A stretch of 64,000 nt of DNA from an uncultured Verrucomicrobiae bacterium (GCA_963707025.1 CAVPOM010000003.1:1-64000), one strand, 5' to 3'. Counted from the first letter of the stretch, positions 8,878 to 18,644 are shown. Notes: generated by a model from the letters alone, not told the origin. Numbers and translations are program-made.

Positions 8878-10713
8878 TCACAAGCCCCCGCGCTCCCGGG
8901 CCTGGTTTTTCGGGCTGCTGTCTTGAGTATTGACAGGGGGCGGCCAGTCGAGGATTTGCCGGCCGGCGAGCAAGCGGGCGCGCAGCGCGGGGTAATTGAG
9001 TTGCCGGACCCCAACGCCTTGATCCAGGGCCAGGGCCGCGGCGGTGGCGGCCGACTGGCCCAGCACCATGAAGACCGGCTCCATGCGAATGGAACCATAG
9101 GCGATGTGGGAAGCCGACAGACAAACCGGCACGAGCAGATTGGCGCACTGGCCCGCCTTGGGAACCAATGCCCGGTAGGAAATCGGGTAAGGTTTCACCA
9201 ACCCCGCCTCCACGTCGCCTTCGTTCTCCGCCTGGCCGTTTCTGGCGATGCGCTGGCAGTTATGCGAGTCCATATTGTAGGCGGCCAGGCCAACCGGGTC
9301 CCCGGCGACTTCTGTGCCGCGGCAATGGCGCTCGGTCATCACGTAGTCGGAAACCATGCGGCGCGCCTCGCGCACATAAAGCTGGGGCGGCCATCCGCCA
9401 TTCTCGGCGAACTCGTCCTTGCAAAGGCCCCACTGGCGCATTTCCTGGCGCAGAGACTCCGGCACGCGCGGGCTGGCCGCCAGGAAGGTCAGCCAGCCGC
9501 GGGTGTAATTCTCATGCTCCCTGGCCATGCGTTCGCGTGTCGTGTAATCGGCTTCCGGGTAGGCTTGGTTCATGCCAATGAAATCGGTGGAGAAAGGCCC
9601 GTTGTTGTTAATGTCGGTCTTCCGGTTGGGCATCCAGATCGGGTTCCAGAACGCGCTCAGAGTGGGTGGGCGGCCGGCTTTGACCAGGGCTTCGATATAA
9701 CGGGCCAGCAACTCATAATCAGCAGGATTGTAGTTGGGCGGCGGCTCCACCGGCAGGCGGTTCTCCGGCACGGTAGTAAAGCAAAGCCGGTAGTTGTAGG
9801 CTTGAATCCGCTGGTCGCCCTCGCCCGCTTGGCCGCCGTCACCGGGCTGGATGAAGGGAAGCAAACCGCTGGCGGGATCGCCGGGTTTGACGTAAGGATC
9901 AACCGGCACCAGGAACTGGTGTTTGGGCGTGCTGGCGCGAATGCCGTTGAGCGTCTCGCCGTACTGCGCGTTGGCCTCCCGGCCAATGACAGAGGCCACG
10001 CCGGCGCGGGCCATGAGATCGCCCTCGTAGCTGGCATCAATGAACATTTTCGCCCGGAAAACATTGCCATTTTCCATCCGGATTTCCGTCAGGCGCGCTC
10101 CCTCCTTCCCGACCGCGGCCAGCCGCTGCCGGCAATAGGCAGTGATCCCGGCTTCCGCCAGCATTTCGCGATAGACCTGCGCTGCAACGTGCGGCTCGAA
10201 AGTCCACATGGCCGCGTTCGTCGAGGCCAGATCCGCGGCCTGCGCCTGCGCGCTGCCGCGCTGGGCGAAGTACTCCCGGCTGTGCTCGCGCGTCCAAGCC
10301 GCGGGCTGGGAATAGTGCAGGGCGATGCGATGATAAAACTCCCGCGCCAGGCCGCCAATCGCGGCCTTGTTGCCAATATCGGTCGCCCCCAGCCCGCCGG
10401 TGGTCAGCCCGCCCAGGTGCGCGCCGGCTTCCACCAGGAGGACGGTCTTGCCCATGCGCCGGGCCTGCACGGCCGCCACGATCCCTGCGGAGGTGCCCCC
10501 GAAAACACAAATGTCCGCTTCCGCCGCCGTCGCGGCCTCCGGCGCCGCCGTGGCGGCCTCCTGCGCCGCCGCGCGGCCGATGGTGGCCGCAGCGAGGAGG
10601 AGAGTCAGCACGCACCAGGGCCGCAATGGGCGGACCTGTAGCGCCGAAGAGATCAAGCATCGGCAAATTAACGGAATGGCGCGAAGGGAACGACTTTCAG
10701 CAACCGCGAACAT
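8878..10713 (-). CDS. FAD-dependent oxidoreductase (FAD_oxidored family), exported; start uncertain
   Basis: DICVFGGTSAGIVAAV, GGLTTGGLGATD, FIDASYEGDLMA, LYVREARRM, SASHIAYGSIRMEPVFM. Confidence 0.85.
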   Translation of the reverse strand: MFAVAESRSLRAIPLICRCLISSALQVRPLRPWCVLTLLLAAATIGRAAAQEAATAAPEAATAAEADICVFGGTSAGIVAAVQARRMGKTVLLVEAGAHLGGLTTGGLGATDIGNKAAIGGLAREFYHRIALHYSQPAAWTREHSREYFAQRGSAQAQAADLASTNAAMWTFEPHVAAQVYREMLAEAGITAYCRQRLAAVGKEGARLTEIRMENGNVFRAKMFIDASYEGDLMARAGVASVIGREANAQYGETLNGIRASTPKHQFLVPVDPYVKPGDPASGLLPFIQPGDGGQAGEGDQRIQAYNYRLCFTTVPENRLPVEPPPNYNPADYELLARYIEALVKAGRPPTLSAFWNPIWMPNRKTDINNNGPFSTDFIGMNQAYPEADYTTRERMAREHENYTRGWLTFLAASPRVPESLRQEMRQWGLCKDEFAENGGWPPQLYVREARRMVSDYVMTERHCRGTEVAGDPVGLAAYNMDSHNCQRIARNGQAENEGDVEAGLVKPYPISYRALVPKAGQCANLLVPVCLSASHIAYGSIRMEPVFMVLGQSAATAAALALDQGVGVRQLNYPALRARLLAGRQILDWPPPVNTQDSSPKNQARERGGL

Positions 10714-10720
10714 AAAAAAT

Positions 10721-10828
10721 GGCTTGATTAGGCTTGATTAGGCTTGATTGCACTGGCCGATTTAAGGTGTAGATGGTTCATGGAGAAGGAAATGGAGTGA
10801 TGGAGTGGTGGAGTGGTGGAATGATGGA
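10721..10828. repeat. Short tandem repeats flanking the intron 3' side
   Basis: GGCTTGATTA x3 at 10721-10749; (A/G)TGGAGTG about x4.5 at 10792-10828. Confidence 0.8.
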
Positions 10829-10857
10829 TTGTTGGGCATGGTCAAGGTTACAGAATG

Positions 10858-12814
10858 GTAGAGTAGGCGAAGTGGAAGGAGGCGGATTGAACTGACCGCA
10901 GTTGTCAGTCTCGCGCTGCCACTTCGCCCCTCATCGAACCGAACGGACGGATTTCCCATATTCGGCTCTCCGAACTCATTCATCGGGCCGCCTTCCACTT
11001 CGCCGTGGTCGGCAGTTCATAGAGTCCATAACGCTGGTGCAACTGCTCGGGAACGTAGTGTTCCCACAGGCTGCGGCGGCAACCGTGTTTGCGCCACAGC
11101 CAGCGCCGAAAACGGTTTTGGCTGTAGTGTTTCATCCGGTTCATCACCGAGACGCTGTTGCCGTAGTGGAAGTAGCCCGCCCATCCGCGCAAGACTTGGT
11201 TGACCTCTTTGACCACCTCCTGTATCGGACGCCCCTGCGTCCAGTGGTTGAGGATGCCGCCCAGTTTCTCGCGCAGGGCCCCCGGCTTTTCTGGCTGGGT
11301 TGAACGTGCAGGTAGCCGCGCCCTCCAAAGGACTTGCGCCAGGTCAGGTTGAAGCCCAGGAAGTTGATCCCTTCCTTGCGAATGTTCACAATTCGGGTTT
11401 TGACTTCGTTGAGGGTCAGCCCTTTGGCTCGAAGCCATTTCTTGAGCCGCGCTATCAGCCCTCCGCCGCACCCCGCCGCGCACGCGATGACAAAGTCATC
11501 GGCGTAGCGCACCATGCGGGCTTGGCCGGAGGTTTTCTCGTTCACCCCGTGATCCAGCGGGTTGAGGTAGAGGTTGGCCAGCAGCGGCGAGATGACCCCG
11601 CCTTGCGGCGTGCCGCGCCGGTTGGGGATCACTCGCTTGGTGCCGTCCTGGTCTTCCTCCGCGACCGGGGCGCGCAGCCAGCTCTTGAGGAGCCGCAGCA
11701 CGCTGCCGTCGCTGACCCGCCGGGCCACGGCCTTCATCAGTTCCCGGTGCGGAATCGTGTCGAAATATTTCGTCAGGTCCGCGTCAATGATTTCCACGTA
11801 GCCTTGCTGCACTGCTTGTTGGATTTCCGCAATGGCTTGGTGTGCCCGGCGTTTGGGCCGAAAGCCGTAGGAGCGCGGATGAAAGTCCGCCTCCAAGATC
11901 GGCATCAGCACCAGATACACCGCCGTTTGCACCACCCGGTCCTTGACCGTCGGGATGCCCAACGGCCGTTCCCCTCCGCTGCTCTTGGGAATCATCACCC
12001 GCCGCACCGGGCTGGCCCGATACGTCTTGGCTTTGAGTTCTGCTTGCAGGCGGTCGAGCCATTGCTGGCGCAGGGCCGGGTCGGCGGTGATGGACTCCAT
12101 ACTCTGTCCGTCCACTCCCGCGGCCCCGCCGTTGCGCTGTTGCGCTGCCAAGGCGGTTTCGAGCACGTCCTTGCGCAGCAATTCCCCATACAGGCTCCAG
12201 AACCGATACTTCGGCTCTGCTTTGGCTTTCCGATAGAGCGCGATTTGAAGCTGCCGAACTTTCTCCGGGGTTGCTATCCGGGTCGCCCCGGCCATCCCCG
12301 CATCCTTCGCTTCGCCTCCACGCATTGAGCAAGTGTTCCCCCTTTGCGTTCGCTCGCGCAACTCCCGGCGGAAATCCGCCTGGAGCGCAAACAAGTCCAC
12401 GCTACTATGAGGAACTCCGACTTCTCCGGCAGGGCCGCTCGCCTGACTGGTCTTGCCAGCTTGCGCGGGCGGTTGGGCTGGCCGCCCGCCGCCGGAGTTC
12501 TCCCAGCTTACCTTGGTTGAACTTCCAGACGTGCCGTCCACGCCGACCCCGCCGGAGCGTTGAGAAGGCTCTGACTGTTGCCCTGCCTCCTCCCTGCGGC
12601 CTTCGCCGGTCAAACAGCGGCTCGGCTTGTCTCCGGTTCTAAACTTATCGAGGCTCATTGGATGTGGTTCATTTTCATTACGGCCCGTCTGTTCATCTCC
12701 CTCAGCTTCCAACCCCGCCTCGCGGCGGCGCTGTTGAGGTCGTGTTCCGTCGTGAACAGCCTAATTCGACGGGCGGGACTTTCACCCGCGTTCCAACCAA
12801 CTTCACTGGCGCAA
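10858..12814 (-). mobile_element. Group II intron (about 1.96 kb)
   Basis: 5' end TTGCG at 12814; domain V GAGCCGAATATGGGAAATCCGTCCGTTCGGTTC at 10936-10968; domain VI GGCGAAGTGG...CCACTTCGCCTACTCTAC ending in AC at 10858; EBS1 loop complementary to the 5' exon; internal RT ORF. Confidence 0.9.
10980..12295 (-). CDS. ltrA: Group II intron reverse transcriptase/maturase without endonuclease domain; 1-nt frameshift near 11280
   Basis: GAAGVDG, RPLGIPTVKDRVVQ, SYGFRPKR, GTPQGGVISPLLANLYL, RYADDFV; the maturase part (VNQVLRGWAGYF) is in the adjacent frame and one extra G in the G5 run rejoins them. Confidence 0.9.
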
Positions 12815-12861
12815 CGTTTGACTGGCTTTGACCGGTTTGACCGGGCACGGGGGAAATGCGT

Positions 12862-12950
12862 CCTCCTCCGCAGGGCCTTCCACCTTCGCTAAAGCTTCCT
12901 CCTTCGCATGGCCTTCGGAGGACAGGACGGCGGACAGGACGGCGGACAGG
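12862..12950. repeat. Triple-nested ~30-bp palindromic unit
   Basis: Three 18-bp left halves (CCTCCTCCGCAGGGCCTT, CCACCTTCGCTAAAGCTT, CCTCCTTCGCATGGCCTT) followed by three right halves ((A)CGG(A/C)GGACAGG). Confidence 0.75.
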
Positions 12951-13359
12951 CTGGCGCGGCATTCCAGCATGGCCGGGAACTGCCGGAGGCTGGTGCTTCC
13001 GCCGCCGCCAAGGCTGCAACGGACCAGCCGGCCCGGCCCAAGCCCGCCCGCCACTTTTGAGACTGCCTTTCTCACTGAGCTGAGATTAGAACTTAAGCCA
13101 GAGAATGTCAAAGGAAAAGTGTTGTGCGAAGGGATGCTTCAGCCCAATCGTGAGCGAGGCGCTTGCGGACTCGGCCAACAGGCGGGCCGGTTTCGGATGA
13201 AAGATTCCGCCGGCGGGACGCCGGCGGATGCGGTCGAGACGACCGCGCTCCTGAAGAGGGTGTGAAGGACCGGAGGATAAAATCTCCGGGCTTGCCAAAC
13301 TAATGAATCCAGTTCTGTATGGCGAAGAAGCCGGATGAACAACCAACCATGAGACTGCC

Positions 13360-15150
13360 ATGAAAACACGTCTCCTCACCCTGTGCCTGGCCCTGGCCGG
13401 CGCGCAACTGGCCTCCCCGGTGACGGCGCGAGGTGCGGCCGACCTGTCGCGGCCGCACCTGGAAACCCGGCACGGCGCGCGCCAACTGGTGGTGGATGGC
13501 AAACCGTTTCTGATTCTGGGCGGCGAGCTGCACAATTCCAGTTCCACCAGCCGCGCCTACATGAAGGGGATCTGGCCCCAAGTGGCGCAAAGGAATCTCA
13601 ACACCGTGCTGGCGGTCATTAGCTGGGAACTCATCGAGCCGGAAGAAGGCCGGTTCGATTTCACCACCGTGGACGATTGCCTCCAGGACGCCCGGCAAAA
13701 CCATCTGCGCCTGGTTTTCCTCTGGTTCGGAAGCTGGAAGAACGGCGAATCCTCCTATCAGCCTTACTGGGTAAAGGCCAACCCGCAACGCTTCCCGTGG
13801 GTGAAAGACCGGGCGGGCAAGACCTTGAACATTCTTTCGACCTTTGGGGACGCCACGCGGGATGGCGACGCGCGGGCCTATGCCGCCTTGCTGCGCCACA
13901 TCCGCCAGGTGGATGGCCAGGAGCACACCGTCCTGATGATGCAGGTGGAGAACGAGGTCGGCGTGCTGGGCGACTCGCGGGACCATGTCGCGGCGGCCAA
14001 CGAAGCGTTCGCCCGGCCGGTGCCCAAGGATTTGATGAACTACCTGGCGCAGCACAAGGAAACCCTGGCGCCGGAACTGCGCGAGCTGTGGGCCAGCCAC
14101 GGCTTCAAGATGTCGGGTCACTGGGAGGAAGTGTTTGGCCCGGGCAAGCCGGATTCTGCCAAACCAGCCAGGGATTTGACACAAGAGGAAAAAGACCTGC
14201 TCTGGCGGCAGTTGAGCTGGCCGGTGGATGAAATCTTCATGGCGTGGCGCTATTCGATTTACATCAACAAGGTGGCCGCCGCCGGCAAGGCGGAATACGA
14301 CATTCCGATGTATGTCAACACCTGGCTGCAACAGCCCGGCACGCCGCGACCGGGGGAATATCCCAGCGGCGGCCCGGAAGCGCAGGTGCATGACGTGTGG
14401 CGGTTCGGCGCGCCAAACATTGACCTGCTGGCGCCGGACATCTACGTGCCGCAGTTCACCGAGACGTGCCAGCGCTTCAGCCGCAACGGCAATGCGCTCT
14501 TCATTCCCGAAGCCCGGCAAACTCCGGAGAACGCCCTCATCGCTTTGTTGAAGTTCAATGCCATCGGCTTTTCGCCATTTGGGATCGAAGGCTCTGGCGG
14601 CAGGGGCCGGGGACGGACCGAGGGCGCCAATGGTCCGCCGCCGCCGGATTCCCTGGCCCAGACTTACGCCATCCTGGATTACCTGGCGCCCGCCGTTCTG
14701 GACAATCAAGGCAAGGGCACGATTGCGGTCTTGGAGCCGATGAACGACACCAACGCGCCGCCGCAGGAGGTGAGGCTGGGCGATTACACCTTGGATATCA
14801 GGTATGGCGCCGGGGGCGGCGGGCGTGGCGGCGGCCGGCGTGGCGGCGGCGGCGGATTCGGCGGTGGCGACGGGGGCGGTGGAATGACCAATGCATCGCC
14901 CGCCCGCCTGGTCATCGCCGAAGGCCCCGGCGCGTATGTCTTTGTCGGCGGGCCGATGCACGTGAACTTCACGCCCAACAGGCCCGGGCGGGGGAGCGTT
15001 ATCCTGGGGAGCTTTGACGAGAGCATGAATGTGGATGGCCGCTGGGCGCCCGGACGGCGGTTGAACGGGGACGAAACCGGCAACAACACGCGCTGGCCGG
15101 GCATGGGATCGTTTGGCATTTACCGCTGCACGGTGTTTCAGCGAGAATGA
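13360..15150 (+). CDS. GH35-family beta-galactosidase-like protein (DUF5597 C-terminus)
   Basis: LVVDGKPFLILGGELHNSS, WELIEPEEGRFDF, LWFGSWKNG, MMQVENEVG, YPSGGP, LFIPEA, GRRLNGDE. Confidence 0.85.
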   Translation: MKTRLLTLCLALAGAQLASPVTARGAADLSRPHLETRHGARQLVVDGKPFLILGGELHNSSSTSRAYMKGIWPQVAQRNLNTVLAVISWELIEPEEGRFDFTTVDDCLQDARQNHLRLVFLWFGSWKNGESSYQPYWVKANPQRFPWVKDRAGKTLNILSTFGDATRDGDARAYAALLRHIRQVDGQEHTVLMMQVENEVGVLGDSRDHVAAANEAFARPVPKDLMNYLAQHKETLAPELRELWASHGFKMSGHWEEVFGPGKPDSAKPARDLTQEEKDLLWRQLSWPVDEIFMAWRYSIYINKVAAAGKAEYDIPMYVNTWLQQPGTPRPGEYPSGGPEAQVHDVWRFGAPNIDLLAPDIYVPQFTETCQRFSRNGNALFIPEARQTPENALIALLKFNAIGFSPFGIEGSGGRGRGRTEGANGPPPPDSLAQTYAILDYLAPAVLDNQGKGTIAVLEPMNDTNAPPQEVRLGDYTLDIRYGAGGGGRGGGRRGGGGGFGGGDGGGGMTNASPARLVIAEGPGAYVFVGGPMHVNFTPNRPGRGSVILGSFDESMNVDGRWAPGRRLNGDETGNNTRWPGMGSFGIYRCTVFQRE

Positions 15151-15249
15151 GCGGACCGGGCCAGGCGCGCCGCTGGCATCCAGGGCCAGGGAAGATGGAA
15201 CCGGCTTGGCAAGCCTTGACATATATTGCCAACGCCTTATTTTAAGGAC

Positions 15250-15525
15250 ATGAAAGCTGTCACGATCAACATTTCGTTGAACCCGGAGCTGGCGGAGTTC
15301 GCCCGGTCAGACTCGGAAGCGCACGCGTTTGATTCCATGAGCGAATATATGCGCCACCTCATCCGCAAACGGCGGCAGGAACAAATCAACCGGGACGTGG
15401 CTTTGTTGGAAAAGGCCATCGAAGGCGCGCCGCTGGGCGATCCATCGGATGAGGAAATGGCGGAGATCGTGAAAACCCAGCATCGCCTCCGGGCTGAGAG
15501 GCAGAAACGTGCGCGTCGTTCTTGA
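15250..15525 (+). CDS. Ribbon-helix-helix antitoxin (ParD/CopG-like)
   Basis: TINISLNPELAEF...FDSMSEYMRHLIR; TTGACA-16-TATTTT promoter 6 nt upstream of the ATG, with inverted repeat TTGGCAA/TTGCCAA. Confidence 0.75.
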   Translation: MKAVTINISLNPELAEFARSDSEAHAFDSMSEYMRHLIRKRRQEQINRDVALLEKAIEGAPLGDPSDEEMAEIVKTQHRLRAERQKRARRS

Positions 15526-15613
15526 TGCCAGCGGGGCCTGGCCGGTGGGTCTGTTTGGAATTCAGATCCTCACGCCGCGCCGCCTGCCGGCCAGGCTGGC
15601 CCTGCCGATTTGA
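15509..15613 (+). pseudogene. Internally deleted PIN-domain toxin remnant (34 aa)
   Basis: GTG start overlapping the antitoxin end gives MRVVLDASGAWPVGLFGIQILTPRRLPARLALPI*; both the N-terminal (MRVVLD) and C-terminal (GIxILTP) PIN toxin signatures are present, the core is not. Confidence 0.65.
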
Positions 15614-15734
15614 AAATCAACAAAGTTTGCACGCCGATCTTCCAAGACAAAGGAGAGACTGAAGGACCGCGGGGCGTTCGGGCTGGAAGGGGCCTGCCTT
15701 TGACAAGATAAATTACTTGGCGTAGTCTTCCGTC

Positions 15735-15980
15735 ATGAGAATTTCACTTACCGAGCACCAAGAGAAATTCATTGACGAAAAAATGAAGGGGGGCGGTTAT
15801 CTTTCTCAAGGTGAAGTAGTTCGAGAGGCGCTTCGCGTTTATGAATTGGTGGAACAGGACGGCTCCAACAAGGAATTAGAAGACGCCTTGCGCCATTCTC
15901 TGCGCAGTCCCATGAAGAAATACCTGCCGGGCCATTTTGCGGCGCTGCCCGCACGTTCGGGCCGGCGGCCATCCTCTTGA
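15735..15980 (+). CDS. parD: ParD-family antitoxin
   Basis: MRISLTEHQEKFIDEKMKGGGYLSQGEVVREALR; TTGACA(15700)-17-TAGTCT(15723) promoter. Confidence 0.85.
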   Translation: MRISLTEHQEKFIDEKMKGGGYLSQGEVVREALRVYELVEQDGSNKELEDALRHSLRSPMKKYLPGHFAALPARSGRRPSS

Positions 15981-16306
15981 GTGGTCTGGAACTCTTTGTA
16001 CGGCATGACGCCGAATTGGATGCGTTCGGCTATTTCCAATATATTCACTTGCGCGACCCGGCTGCCGCGGGCAGATTCCTGGAGGCCATTGACGAAACCA
16101 TTGAGGGCCTTGTTCAACAACCAGGGAAAGGAAGACCGCGGCCATTCTGTGTGAGAGGATTGAAGAACGTTCGCTCCTGGCGCGTGAATGGCTTTGAGAA
16201 TTATCTGATTTTTTACCGCCTTTCAGGCGGGCGATTGGAAATACTGCGAATCAAACACGGCACCATGCGATTTCCGCAGGCGTTTCGGAGCGACTCCGGA
16301 TCCTAA
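15977..16306 (+). CDS. parE: ParE/RelE-family toxin
   Basis: AELD...YI...AAGRFLEAI...PGKG...RSWRVNGFENYLIFYR...LEILRIKHG; TTGA overlap with parD. Confidence 0.85.
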   Translation: MSGLELFVRHDAELDAFGYFQYIHLRDPAAAGRFLEAIDETIEGLVQQPGKGRPRPFCVRGLKNVRSWRVNGFENYLIFYRLSGGRLEILRIKHGTMRFPQAFRSDSGS

Positions 16307-16545
16307 AGGTGGCGCGGCTGGCGAGGCTGATTTGATCCGTTCGATGACCCATGTTATCTTTACACGGCCGCCAAAACAGCAGCACAAAGGATTGCCATGA
16401 AAACGGGCTTACAGAAGGTGATCATTTCCCTGATCATTACGAGTTTCGTGTTTGCGGCCCTCGCGTTCACCCTCGACCGATTGCAGGCCGTGTGGGCAGT
16501 TCGGATTGGAGACGGCTTATCCGGTCTGCAACAGCTTTTCGATGC

Positions 16546-17631
16546 ATGATTGGTCTGCTTCATGGAGCAAAATGCCCCATTTGGTGGCTCCTGTTCGGGG
16601 CGCTGGGGCTGCGCGCCGCCACCGGGCCGGCCACGCCCGCCCCGGAGCTGGACGCCCTCTTCCAGCGCACCAACGGCTGGATTGGCGCGGACGCCGATTA
16701 TTCCGTTCCGCTGGACAGCCGCACCACGCTGTGGCTTTTTGGCGACAGCCTGGTGGGGGAGGTGCGCGAGGGCAAAAGGCGCAACGCGAAAATGATCAAC
16801 AATTCGATTGCCCTGCAGCCCCTCGGCGGCCCGCCGCAATTCTTCTACCGCACCAACAGCCGCGGCGAACCGGCCGCGGTCTTCACGCCGCCGGACTCGA
16901 CCAACAGCTTTTTCTGGCCGTGGGACGGCATCCGCACCCGGCGCGGTTTGTTTGTCTTTCTCACCCAAGTCCGGCACACGGATGCGAACTCGGTCTGGGG
17001 CTTCCAGGCTTTTGCCGCATGGCTGGCCTTCGTGTCCAATCCCGACGACCCGCCGGCGTCCTGGAAAATCACGTTGCAGAAGGAGCCGTTGGCCGATTTT
17101 TCCAAAAAGCCGGCCACGGCCTACGGCTGGTCGGTTGTCAAGCATCAGGATTATCTTTACGTCTATGGAACCGACGCGCGCGCCCGTGGCGCGACCGTGG
17201 CCCGCGTGCCGGAAGAGTCCCTGGACGATTTCGCGCGGTGGCGCTTTGCCAGCGCGGGCCAATGGCGGGAGGAGGCGGGCGCGGCCACGGCCCTTTTTTC
17301 CGACATCCCGCCGGAAGGCACCGTGCGGTGGGCGCCGGCCCTGGGGCGGTTCGTGGCCGTCTATTCGCCGGACCTTTCGGGCGACATCGTGCTGCGGGAG
17401 TCCGACACGCCGGCCGGCCCGTGGAGCGGGCGCCGGGTGATCTATCATTGTCCCGAAGCAAAACCGTCCCAGCCGTTTTTTTGTTACGCGGGCAAGGCGC
17501 ACCCGGAACTGGGCGGGGCGGGCGAATTGATCGTGACCTACGCTGTCAACTCGAACAATTTCTGGGATTTGTTCAACGACCCGTCCCTCTACTGGCCGCG
17601 CTTCCTGCGCCTGCAATTGCCGCCGCGCTAG
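16546..17631 (+). CDS. DUF5005/DUF4185-like exported protein (possible glycoside hydrolase); start uncertain
   Basis: GWIGADADYSVPL...TLWLFGDS, CYAGKAHPEL, YAVNS...YWPRF. Confidence 0.7.
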   Translation: MIGLLHGAKCPIWWLLFGALGLRAATGPATPAPELDALFQRTNGWIGADADYSVPLDSRTTLWLFGDSLVGEVREGKRRNAKMINNSIALQPLGGPPQFFYRTNSRGEPAAVFTPPDSTNSFFWPWDGIRTRRGLFVFLTQVRHTDANSVWGFQAFAAWLAFVSNPDDPPASWKITLQKEPLADFSKKPATAYGWSVVKHQDYLYVYGTDARARGATVARVPEESLDDFARWRFASAGQWREEAGAATALFSDIPPEGTVRWAPALGRFVAVYSPDLSGDIVLRESDTPAGPWSGRRVIYHCPEAKPSQPFFCYAGKAHPELGGAGELIVTYAVNSNNFWDLFNDPSLYWPRFLRLQLPPR

Positions 17632-17760
17632 AGCGGTTTCAAGAAAACTGCAGCCGCAGCACGCGGCAGGGTCCCGGTTTGCCGGGACTGCCCGCCGCGG
17701 CGCGCACGGAGTGCGCGCCCTACCTCCCTCGTTTCGGCTACATCATTTCTTAAGCCGCCC
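17631..17760. mobile_element. MITE-like element with TA target duplication, carrying a GTAG-type REP
   Basis: TA|GAGCGGTTTCAAGAAAACTGCAGCCG ... CGGCTACATCATTTCTTAAGCCGCCC|TA (imperfect terminal inverted repeats); homologous to 63053-63148. Confidence 0.7.
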
Positions 17761-17774
17761 TATATTTGAAAAAG

Positions 17775-18644
17775 TCAATCCCCCGGCGCAATCGTCCACA
17801 TCCCCCTGGGGTTGTTGGTCGTGCCGGTGCCGACGGTTTGCTGCATGGTGAGGGAGGAGACGTGGTTGTCAAAAAAAAGATAATCAAACAGATTGCCGTG
17901 CAGTTGATAAAGCGCCAACCCTTGATTGTTCGGGTCGTTGGGATCGGTTTGATAACACTCCCCAAGCCCCTGGCCGCCACCGGCGTTGGCCGGAGCGATG
18001 CAGAAGGAAGGCCAGACATTGCCACAGACATTGTCGCCCGCCGGTTCTTCCACCAGGTTGATCGTGCCGGAGGGGTTTATGACGACGGTGGTTTTGTAAC
18101 CGGGCGCATGGTCTGTCGTGGTCGGGGCCGACCAGTAAATGCCCACCCCGTCCACGGGGGTGGGGAGCGGGAACCCCAAGGTGGCGTAGTAAACGGGGCC
18201 AATCGCGTTCATGGCGTAAGTTCTTCTTCCCAAGGTGGGTTGTGAGGCCACCCAATACGAATCAGGACCGAGGTCAGACGGACAACGCAAGATGGGAGCT
18301 GTCAGATGCTGGTCCACGGCGCCGCTATCCAACTGGGTCTGGGTCAGGCCGGGATTGCCGCCGATATACGGGTGGAGGGACGTGTCCCAGGTATATTGTG
18401 AGTTGTCAGCACCGTCACAGGCGGCGGCCGGGAACGTGTCCGCGTTGTCGCCCGCGAACAGGACGAAGCCCAGCCCGAGCTGTTTCATGTTGGAGGCGCA
18501 TTTGACCCGGTTGGCCTTGAGTTTTGCGGCCGCCAGCGCCGGCAGGAGCAGCGCCGCCAGAATCGCGATAATGGCGATCACAACTAAGAGTTCGATCAGG
18601 GTGAAGGCGGAGCCGCCTTTCTTCCAATTCAATGTTCTTTTCAT
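17775..18644 (-). CDS. Prepilin-type N-terminal cleavage / H-X9-DG-type protein (here H-X9-DN)
   Basis: [52 protein letters not shown]. Confidence 0.9.
   Translation of the reverse strand: MKRTLNWKKGGSAFTLIELLVVIAIIAILAALLLPALAAAKLKANRVKCASNMKQLGLGFVLFAGDNADTFPAAACDGADNSQYTWDTSLHPYIGGNPGLTQTQLDSGAVDQHLTAPILRCPSDLGPDSYWVASQPTLGRRTYAMNAIGPVYYATLGFPLPTPVDGVGIYWSAPTTTDHAPGYKTTVVINPSGTINLVEEPAGDNVCGNVWPSFCIAPANAGGGQGLGECYQTDPNDPNNQGLALYQLHGNLFDYLFFDNHVSSLTMQQTVGTGTTNNPRGMWTIAPGD

Noticed and set aside
10721..10828. CRISPR array
   Set aside because: Units are 8-10-bp tandem repeats without unique spacers; no cas genes in the window
10980..12295. Retron, DGR or defence-associated RT
   Set aside because: Clear domain V/VI, intron termini and maturase domain identify a group II intron
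12296..12712. 139-aa N-terminal extension of the intron RT in the ORF track
   Set aside because: It overlaps structured ribozyme domains, including EBS1; an open frame is expected by chance at this GC content
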